This document shows positions 23,076 to 30,235 of a stretch of 34,866 nucleotides of DNA, piece by piece. The notes under the pieces are model-generated. The model had not been told where the DNA came from and searched no databases. It saw nothing but the letters and a program-made list of their open reading frames with translations. Source of the DNA: a virus; IMG/VR virus record IMGVR_UViG_3300045988_063005, positions 1 through 34,866 of that record; one strand, given 5' to 3'. Every line of letters starts with the position of its first letter. Position 1 is the first letter of the stretch. Made by a program: the position numbers and the translations under genes.

Positions 23076-23144
23076 TGCCTCTCACGTTTGAGAGAAGATA
23101 AGACCGCGCACCCGCGCGCGTACATTATATAATAGGAAACAACT

Positions 23145-23765
23145 ATGGCAGGCAGAAAGAAAACGGGCTCGGCCGATACAACCGAGAAGATTACTAAGGG
23201 CATGGCGAAAGGAACGCCACCGCCCGTACCTGAGAACGTAGGCAGGTGCAAAGAGCTCTACGAGGTATTGAACGTTCGTGGTATTAAGGGTGTGCAGTTA
23301 AGAACCGCGCAGGAATGTTTAGATTATGTTAGCGAGTACCTACATTGGTGCAGGGCGAACCCTCTAACGAAATACGAAATGATTAAAGGAGGGCAGTCGG
23401 CTGGCGAGTTAATCGCCGTTCCGATGAAACGTTCTCCGAGTGTCGGGGCGTTCTGTCTTTTCATCGGCTGGAGCATTAAGGAGTTCAACAAGAACCGCGA
23501 GAAGCTGGAGAAGACAATCGCAGATAGCGACGAAGCTATCGAACTGTATTACGGTTACTCTCTGATTAAGGAACTGATAGAAACCGATATGGACGAGGGC
23601 GCGCTCGCTGGTTTAGTGGATGCTAACTACATGGCTAAATTGCGAGGACTACGAGACCTTAAGGACGTAACAAGCAACGGTAAAGAAGCAGGCACAAAGG
23701 CTATGCAGGTTAACGTACTGTCTGCCGAGGCAGTAGATAACATCAAGAAGTTAGGGGGTATCTAA
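23145..23765 (+). CDS. terS: Terminase small subunit (putative)
   Basis: Position directly upstream of terL. Basic N-terminus. YLHWCRANPL...PSVGAFCLFIGWSIKEFNK resembles the HTH region of small terminases. Confidence 0.6.
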   Translation: MAGRKKTGSADTTEKITKGMAKGTPPPVPENVGRCKELYEVLNVRGIKGVQLRTAQECLDYVSEYLHWCRANPLTKYEMIKGGQSAGELIAVPMKRSPSVGAFCLFIGWSIKEFNKNREKLEKTIADSDEAIELYYGYSLIKELIETDMDEGALAGLVDANYMAKLRGLRDLKDVTSNGKEAGTKAMQVNVLSAEAVDNIKKLGGI

Positions 23766-23776
23766 CACTTGTTAGG

Positions 23777-23878
23777 TTTGCCATGGCATCACGAGAAACT
23801 AAGAGAGGTTACAACGTTCGTTAGTTTGTGCCGGCACCATGGCAAATTAGTTGAAAGTATAACGCGCCTTAGTTTCTC
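23777..23878 (+). promoter_or_regulatory. Interleaved perfect inverted repeats in the terS-terL spacer (pseudoknot-type topology)
   Basis: S1 tttgccatgg 23777-86 pairs with ccatggcaaa 23837-46. S2 gagaaactaag 23793-803 pairs with cttagtttctc 23868-78. Palindrome gtgccggcac lies at 23828-37. Confidence 0.6.
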
Positions 23879-23902
23879 TGCGCTTAAACTCTATTAAACT
23901 GT

Positions 23903-23937
23903 AATGCCACAAGGGTTTTAACTACCTTTGTGGCATT
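23903..23937 (+). promoter_or_regulatory. Hairpin overlapping late promoter box TACCTTTG (23923-23930)
   Basis: aatgccacaagg / cctttgtggcatt (12 bp, one bulge). The motif TTTTAACTACCTTTGTGGC recurs at 26118-26136. Confidence 0.55.
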
Positions 23938-23953
23938 ATTAATATACAGACTT

Positions 23954-25102
23954 ATGAACGTTACACATACATTTGAGAAGTTATTGGCTGCATTCGTTAA
24001 CCCGCGTTATCGTGGTGTAGCAAGCAAGGGGGGCACGCGTAGCGGTAAAACGTGGGCTACCTTACAAATGCTGTACCTATTAGCGAAGTCAGCGGAAAAG
24101 CCTCTATTCATATCGTGCGTTGCTGCTACTCTTCCAATGGTTAAGCGCGGTATGTTGCGTGACTTTAAATTGATGTTAGCTACGGAGGGCGTTTGGGACG
24201 AGAGTGCATTTAACAAAACCGAAATGACGTATGAACTACCAAACGGTTCGGTGATAGAGTTCTTTGGTTGTGATAACGCCAGCAAGGTTCATGGCGCCGC
24301 GCGTGATGTCCTGTTTGTTAATGAGGCGCAGGGCATCGCCCGCGAGATATTCCGACAGCTTGACATCAGAACACGTAAAAAGGTAATCATTGACTTTAAC
24401 CCCGTTAGAAAGTTTTGGGGCGAGACCGAGTTCGTAGGCGAGCGCTACATCACTATTCACTCAACTTACAAGGATAACCCATACCTAACGCCCGAACAGG
24501 TTGGAGCGATAGAGAAGAATAAGAATGATGCCAACTGGTGGCACGTTTACGGTGAGGGCCTGACTGGTGGCGTAGAGGGTAACGTATATCCCGAATACGA
24601 AGTTATAGAGGACATGCCCGAGACTTATACGGGGCGTTGTTTAGGGCTTGACTTCGGGTTTGTTAATGACCCTACGGCGATTGTAGATGTGCGCTTTGAG
24701 GGCTGGGACTTGTACGTAGACCTACTTTGCTATGAAACGGGGCTGCTTAACAGCCATATCGCCGACTACTTGAACGGTCAAGGGCTTAACCGCGTGATTA
24801 CGGTATGTGACAGTGCAGAACAAAAGTCTATTATGGAGCTCCAGCAAAGGCGCATTAAGGCTATGCCATGCGTTAAAGGTAGGGGCTCTGTATCGGGCGG
24901 TATTGCACAGGTTAAGCAGTTCAAGTTACACGTAACAAAGCGTTCCGTTAAGCTGCTTGATGAGCTGGATAACTACAAATGGATAAAGGACGAGGGTACG
25001 GATACCTATACCAACGTAGCGGTAGACCAGTACAACCACGCGCTTGATGCCCTGAGATACGCAGTAGACTTTTTAATTAGAAAATATAGACCCAAAGGAT
25101 GA
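23954..25102 (+). CDS. terL: Terminase large subunit
   Basis: Start refined to the ATG 24 nt after the promoter box. Walker A SKGGTRSGKT, Walker B-like VLFVNEA, C-terminal nuclease-like LGLDFG...DQYNHALDALRYA. Confidence 0.88.
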   Translation: MNVTHTFEKLLAAFVNPRYRGVASKGGTRSGKTWATLQMLYLLAKSAEKPLFISCVAATLPMVKRGMLRDFKLMLATEGVWDESAFNKTEMTYELPNGSVIEFFGCDNASKVHGAARDVLFVNEAQGIAREIFRQLDIRTRKKVIIDFNPVRKFWGETEFVGERYITIHSTYKDNPYLTPEQVGAIEKNKNDANWWHVYGEGLTGGVEGNVYPEYEVIEDMPETYTGRCLGLDFGFVNDPTAIVDVRFEGWDLYVDLLCYETGLLNSHIADYLNGQGLNRVITVCDSAEQKSIMELQQRRIKAMPCVKGRGSVSGGIAQVKQFKLHVTKRSVKLLDELDNYKWIKDEGTDTYTNVAVDQYNHALDALRYAVDFLIRKYRPKG

Positions 25103-25704
25103 TGAAAAACCCGTTTATTAAATTACTTGAAAAGGGTGTGCGACTAATGAATCGCGCAACCCTTGTTAACGTAGCTAACTTTCCAGCAAGCGGCAAAGTA
25201 CGTATGACTAAGGACGAAAAGCTACTGCTTGACGACTTATGCAAATATCTGCAACCGTCTAACCTTGCTACCCGCAACGGTGTAGTAGTGTACAGGCTTA
25301 AGCCGTTAGAGGATATAACGTTGTGGAGCATGCTCGAAACACGCAGGGCGGACAACTCGTTAGAACGTATTAAGGCATGGACTGATGGTAACTACGAGGC
25401 GGTGAGCATATCAGAGGTTGTGAAGCTTGACAAGTTCATACTTGAAGCACTTAAAGACGCTGATAACTTGGAAAAGATGCTATTCGCACGAGTGCCCAAC
25501 GTAGACAGCGCATTAACTGGTATCGCCGAGGTTAAAGAGGCAAAGAACTTGCTTGGTATCGTGCAGACAACTGCCGACCTGTTTAAGTGTTCGTTCGAAC
25601 AGGCTAAACAAATGAACTATACAGATGTTATTATCGCCATGAGTAAACGGCATGACGAGGTAGAGAAAGAAAAGAAAGAACTTAAAAAACAACAAAGAAG
25701 ATGA
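25099..25704 (+). CDS. Hypothetical late protein
   Basis: ATGA overlap with the terL stop. Lys/Glu-rich C-terminus. No motif recognised. Confidence 0.5.
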   Translation: MMKNPFIKLLEKGVRLMNRATLVNVANFPASGKVRMTKDEKLLLDDLCKYLQPSNLATRNGVVVYRLKPLEDITLWSMLETRRADNSLERIKAWTDGNYEAVSISEVVKLDKFILEALKDADNLEKMLFARVPNVDSALTGIAEVKEAKNLLGIVQTTADLFKCSFEQAKQMNYTDVIIAMSKRHDEVEKEKKELKKQQRR

Positions 25705-26099
25705 TAGATTTTGAAACCATTCTAAACAACGCAGAAGCCCGCGCGGCCGCATTAGGTTGCCCGTTGGTGTTCGGAGATACACAGGTGCAGAACGTAGCGG
25801 CCAACAGTCTCGGTGTTGACTTCTTCACGCTGGACGTTACGGGCGGCTCGTTCACAGACCTAACCAACAAGAACACGCCCAACTACACCATTACGGTGCG
25901 CTGTATGGGCGTATCTGCTTATATGCGGGATGATGCTACGGAGATAGCAACACTTATCCGTACAGACAAGCTATTACGCAATTTCGTAGGCTCGTACATG
26001 TGTTTGTTCGAGACTTCGGGCCTGTCCATACGTAAAGTACAGAACGAGTACGATACGATTAAATCGGGCTGGGAAGCAACGTTTGACATAACTCAGTAG
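25701..26099 (+). CDS. Hypothetical late protein (possible neck/tail-completion component)
   Basis: Overlapping start. The functional guess rests on size and position only. Confidence 0.4.
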   Translation: MIDFETILNNAEARAAALGCPLVFGDTQVQNVAANSLGVDFFTLDVTGGSFTDLTNKNTPNYTITVRCMGVSAYMRDDATEIATLIRTDKLLRNFVGSYMCLFETSGLSIRKVQNEYDTIKSGWEATFDITQ

Positions 26100-26133
26100 C
26101 AGTTCGTTCGCCCGTTTTATTTAACTACTTTTG

Positions 26134-26169
26134 TGGCGTGTTCCTCTAATGGTGCACGCCATTTTTTTT
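26134..26169 (+). terminator. Rho-independent terminator abutting the next start codon
   Basis: Stem tggcgtg / cacgcca, 14-nt loop, T8 run 26162-26169, ATG at 26170. The TACTTTTG box (26126-33) lies immediately 5'. Confidence 0.7.
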
Positions 26170-26508
26170 ATGCTTATAATTAGAAACAACATTATTCCGT
26201 TCAAGGGCTACAACGCCATTAACGTTTGTGGCGTGCTCTTCGTTAGAAAGGGTGTAGAGATTACGCCGAGACGTATTCAACATGAGAAGATACACACCAA
26301 GCAGATGCTTGAAATGTTCATCGTGCTGTTCTGCCTTGTGTATTGCGTAGAGTTCCTATACAGGTACATAAAGCAAAAGCCAAACGGCCGTTCTCGCTGG
26401 AATCAGGCGTACCGCGCTATCAGTTTTGAGCGTGAAGCCTACTTCAACGAAAGCCGTCCTAACTATTTCGCACTACGCGAGCCATACCAGTGGATAACTT
26501 ATATGTGA
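26170..26508 (+). CDS. Small protein with HExxH motif and one hydrophobic helix (possible zincin-like metallopeptidase)
   Basis: Start refined to the ATG after the terminator. RIQHEKIHTKQ contains HExxH. Downstream hydrophobic segment MFIVLFCLVYCVEFL and FEREAYF. Confidence 0.45.
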   Translation: MLIIRNNIIPFKGYNAINVCGVLFVRKGVEITPRRIQHEKIHTKQMLEMFIVLFCLVYCVEFLYRYIKQKPNGRSRWNQAYRAISFEREAYFNESRPNYFALREPYQWITYM

Positions 26509-26509
26509 T

Positions 26510-26944
26510 ATGGATAAACAGGTAGTAGATTTAGTGAGGCAGTTACGCGAGCAGGTAGTTAAGAACTACTACGCTATGCGCTTGAATGCTTCAGGACGTT
26601 TCGACAAGGAAACCGTTGTAACGGACTACGGGTCGGGTGTGAAGATTGAAGCGCCCGCCTACGTTTTCCAAATGGAAGAGGGTCGAGATAGTGGAAGCAT
26701 GCCGCCCATCAAGGCGATTAAACAGTGGATAAAGGATAAGAACGCAAACGCGGGTACGGACATACCCGAGGAAGCGGCCTACGCAATCGCCTACGTAATC
26801 AAGAGGGACGGTATTAAAGTCCCTAACAGGTTTAACAAGGGTGGTGTAGTCAGTACGTTGCTTAATGATGCAGCGGTTAAGAAATTAGCGGCCGAGGTTA
26901 ATAAGATAATCAAGGCTGAGATATTAAGAATTTTAACAAAATAG
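26510..26944 (+). CDS. Hypothetical virion protein (possible head-tail joining component)
   Basis: Late-operon ORF. Weak resemblance by eye to gp10-like neck proteins only. Confidence 0.4.
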   Translation: MDKQVVDLVRQLREQVVKNYYAMRLNASGRFDKETVVTDYGSGVKIEAPAYVFQMEEGRDSGSMPPIKAIKQWIKDKNANAGTDIPEEAAYAIAYVIKRDGIKVPNRFNKGGVVSTLLNDAAVKKLAAEVNKIIKAEILRILTK

Positions 26945-26948
26945 AAAT

Positions 26949-28535
26949 ATGAAGATAACGTTTTTACAACAGGGACGTACATTTACCATTGGGGAATATA
27001 CCGTTTACCCTACGTTTACAGCACCCATCGGGCCGAACATTAAACAACTGGTCAGGTTCACAGAGGTAGGCTCTGATACGTCTCTATCTGTATATGTAGT
27101 GACAGACGTTAACGGAACTACGGAAAGCGGGCGCACCGTCAGCCTTAAAAATGTTTATGACGGGATGCTATTTGACCTTAGCTCACTCGCGCCCTTAACG
27201 GGCAAAGACGTGGTGTCACGTACTATCAATGACCCGTCAGGCGTAGGGGTGAGTTTAACTGTTACCGTCAGGTTTACCACGCCTGCGGGAAAGGCACTCT
27301 CTGTTTATGTGTATCCCTGTGGGAGTGTACGCCTTGGTAATACAGGTGCGGCGAACGCGTTCTCCGAATATAACTACGCACCCGCTGGGCGCAGTCTTCT
27401 ATTAGAGAACTCTACCTTGTTCACTGTCCCAAACCAATCGGTAGGCGGGTTTACGGGCGTGAACGGCTTCGGCGGGCCAGTGACCCCAAACACGTTTATA
27501 GGAGACCTTTACGCAGGCCCGAGCACCGCGAAACTGCAAACCCGAATCCTTGGCGGCACTATTTCTATGCTCGTCAGAAATGCCGAGCCTACCGGCTATT
27601 TAAGGTTCGCACTCGTTAACGACGGTTCTGTATATGCTGATGTGCAGGCTGGAGAAACCAAACTCATAGCCCTACCATACAGTGCAGAGGTGGGTACGCG
27701 TGTGGGCTTCTCCGTATATGGGTATGGGAGAAATTATCAAACCTTTATTGTGGCAAACCTAATGGTTAATACGGGTTCGTGCCCGCAGAGGTTTTCACTG
27801 GGGCGTGTCGAATTGGCTGATACAGCGGAACAATTTAGGCAGTACATAGGCGCACTTACCGATTACCGAGATGAGTGTTTTAATCTGCTGGGTCAAACCG
27901 CCGCGGGCGGCAATGGCGGGGATTACATCTACGCAGGTGACGCGCATCAAATGACGGCTGTCGGCCCACCGTTTTACAACGCTGTGTATTTCCCGCCGAG
28001 GCGAGACCTGACTATGAACGTCTATGCTATGCAGGAGAGCGGAGAACCCACATCTCTCTTATTAGGTGGGTACAAGTCGGGATACCGAATAAGTAATAAC
28101 ATCTTTTGGGCCGAGGACGCCAAAACATACATCATGTCAGACGGTTTGGGGACGAATAGGCAATACGGGTTTGAGAGATACAAGAAAAAATCCCACTACG
28201 AACTACCCCTTGAACAGAAAATAGCGCTTCGCTGGCTTAATTCTCGTGGTGCATGGGATAGCATGTTTTTTGCGAACTATAAACTATCTCCGCAAATAAA
28301 CTCTACGGGCACTGTTGATAGCTACGACTTCAATGTATCCGTAGTGATAGACTGGGATAACGAAGAAGCCCTGTATTACTTGACGCGCTCACCGTACATC
28401 ATGGCATTAACGCCCGCGGATGTCGGGCAGTGGGGCTGGGCAACGTCAGAAAGTAACGGTGTGTTTGCTTTGCAGGGTGGCAACATTGGCAAGACACTTA
28501 ATTTGAAGTTTAACTATAAAATCAATCAAGCATAA
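26949..28535 (+). CDS. Tail/baseplate-like structural protein
   Basis: 528 aa, beta-rich, Gly/Thr/Ser/Val-rich composition. Precedes a second large structural ORF and the tape-measure-like gene. Confidence 0.5.
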   Translation: MKITFLQQGRTFTIGEYTVYPTFTAPIGPNIKQLVRFTEVGSDTSLSVYVVTDVNGTTESGRTVSLKNVYDGMLFDLSSLAPLTGKDVVSRTINDPSGVGVSLTVTVRFTTPAGKALSVYVYPCGSVRLGNTGAANAFSEYNYAPAGRSLLLENSTLFTVPNQSVGGFTGVNGFGGPVTPNTFIGDLYAGPSTAKLQTRILGGTISMLVRNAEPTGYLRFALVNDGSVYADVQAGETKLIALPYSAEVGTRVGFSVYGYGRNYQTFIVANLMVNTGSCPQRFSLGRVELADTAEQFRQYIGALTDYRDECFNLLGQTAAGGNGGDYIYAGDAHQMTAVGPPFYNAVYFPPRRDLTMNVYAMQESGEPTSLLLGGYKSGYRISNNIFWAEDAKTYIMSDGLGTNRQYGFERYKKKSHYELPLEQKIALRWLNSRGAWDSMFFANYKLSPQINSTGTVDSYDFNVSVVIDWDNEEALYYLTRSPYIMALTPADVGQWGWATSESNGVFALQGGNIGKTLNLKFNYKINQA

Positions 28536-30190
28536 TGAGTGATACAGTAATTAGGATAAATGGAGTTAACGTTGAGGGCGTAAAGCCCTCGGGCGTTAAA
28601 CTCACGATTAACAACGTAGACCCGTTTTTAATCGGAGAGCGTACGAACTCATATTCGGCAACTGTCAAGGTGCCGAGGACGCCGAGTAATGACGCGCTGT
28701 TTAAGGCGGAACGCTGGCCCAACTTATATACGAAAGATGATGTGTACAAAGCTACTGTTTACTTTAGTGGGCTGCCGTCCCCGTTCGTAACTGGGCAGTT
28801 CGTTGCACAAGTCAAGGCCGAGAAAACGCAGTACACTATATCACTGGTGCAGAATACAGTCGGGTTTAAGAACATGCTTTCGCCCGTTTCTTTGCGCATG
28901 GGCTCTACCGAAGTAGTGCCGCCCACAGTAGACGGCAAGTATGAGGTTCACTTCATAGACAACTTTTATCGGTATGCTACGCTGGGAGTGTTCAGCCACC
29001 CCGCAATCGCTAACATACCGAGCGAGCCAAATGATGTAAAGTTGGGTTTCGATACTCAGATAAGGGTCGTTGACATTTCAGAGGTTGAGGGCCTGATGAG
29101 CAACTGTGAGTTTCTTGGTGCGGTTAATACGATAGACGGGGCATATTACCCGAGTTATACTTTCAGGCCCTCTAACCCGCTTGTGGAACGCGCGCTAACA
29201 TCATTCAGACCGTCAAGCACGCCGATATACGGCGGCGTAGACTCTGGGAGTGAGGTATATTTTGACGATGCGGGGTTGCCCGAGAAGATATATATGCGCG
29301 CGATGCAGCTAACCACAGACCAGTGTAACATACAATTTGACAAGTGGTCAACAGTAAACGGTGTTTCTAAATACGTGTGCCCTAATATACATGAGTTCGT
29401 GTACCTCGCCAGGGACTTCGACATGCGTTTTTATTTTCAAGGCCCGACTGCTGCGCCCCCAACGGACGCGAATACGTACAGGCCGACAAAGACAATGCCT
29501 GTGGAAAATGCTATGAACGTCGCGCTTGGTATCCGAGATTTTGCAACGGTATCGGGAAGTCAGGAAATATCTACGGAAGCACCGTATGACCCGAAAGATT
29601 TAGTGCTGGGAACATGTCAGGCGTTCGGTTGGCGGTACTCGTATGATTACACAACCTCTAACATTACAGCCACAAACATTATAGCGGGACACCCAACAGG
29701 CACTAAGACGTATATAGATTGGTCGGATAAGATAAACGCGGATACCGCGGTCTACTCTGAAACTACCAATTTAGGTGCAGAAATGGTTGTTAAGGTCGGC
29801 GAAGCCGAGTACATAGCACGAGGAAACAAAGGAAACATTCTAAGACGAACAAACGCTATGAATAGTTCTTTGGCTGTGGTGCAGAACAGGTACGGAGCAT
29901 TCCCGCGCGTGTTTGACGTAAAAATGGTTGGCGGCGGATACGGCGAGGGTGAGTACTTTCGACATCCGAGCGGGTATAGAAAGTACATACAGGAGTATTT
30001 CAAACCCTATGAAAAGTCGTATCAGGTTACCGTTAAAGCTAAATTATCGTACTTCGATATAGTAGCCTTTAAAGATGATGCCTTATACAGATTTGCAAAT
30101 TTGGGCGGTTCGTTCTATCTTCGCACGATTTCCAATTGGGACTTCTCAACAGGAGAATGCACGCTGACGTTAATATCAGTTGACTTATAA
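28535..30190 (+). CDS. Tail/baseplate-like structural protein
   Basis: 551 aa. ATGA-type overlap with the upstream ORF. The N-terminal IRINGVNVEG...SYSATVKVPRTPSND pattern is reminiscent of tail hub or fiber N-termini. Confidence 0.5.
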   Translation: MSDTVIRINGVNVEGVKPSGVKLTINNVDPFLIGERTNSYSATVKVPRTPSNDALFKAERWPNLYTKDDVYKATVYFSGLPSPFVTGQFVAQVKAEKTQYTISLVQNTVGFKNMLSPVSLRMGSTEVVPPTVDGKYEVHFIDNFYRYATLGVFSHPAIANIPSEPNDVKLGFDTQIRVVDISEVEGLMSNCEFLGAVNTIDGAYYPSYTFRPSNPLVERALTSFRPSSTPIYGGVDSGSEVYFDDAGLPEKIYMRAMQLTTDQCNIQFDKWSTVNGVSKYVCPNIHEFVYLARDFDMRFYFQGPTAAPPTDANTYRPTKTMPVENAMNVALGIRDFATVSGSQEISTEAPYDPKDLVLGTCQAFGWRYSYDYTTSNITATNIIAGHPTGTKTYIDWSDKINADTAVYSETTNLGAEMVVKVGEAEYIARGNKGNILRRTNAMNSSLAVVQNRYGAFPRVFDVKMVGGGYGEGEYFRHPSGYRKYIQEYFKPYEKSYQVTVKAKLSYFDIVAFKDDALYRFANLGGSFYLRTISNWDFSTGECTLTLISVDL

Positions 30191-30197
30191 ACAAATG

Positions 30198-30220
30198 GGG
30201 TGGGTTAAGGCCCGCCCTTT
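30198..30220 (+). terminator. Possible weak terminator or RNA hairpin
   Basis: gggtggg / cccgccc (one G-U pair), 6-nt loop, followed by only TTT. Confidence 0.35.
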
Positions 30221-30235
30221 AACAAATTTTAGATA

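Noticed and set aside
30198-30220. Strong terminator between the tail-like gene and the tape-measure-like gene
   Set aside because: The hairpin is real, but the U-tract is only three residues, so I list it only as a weak or possible element rather than a confident transcription stop.
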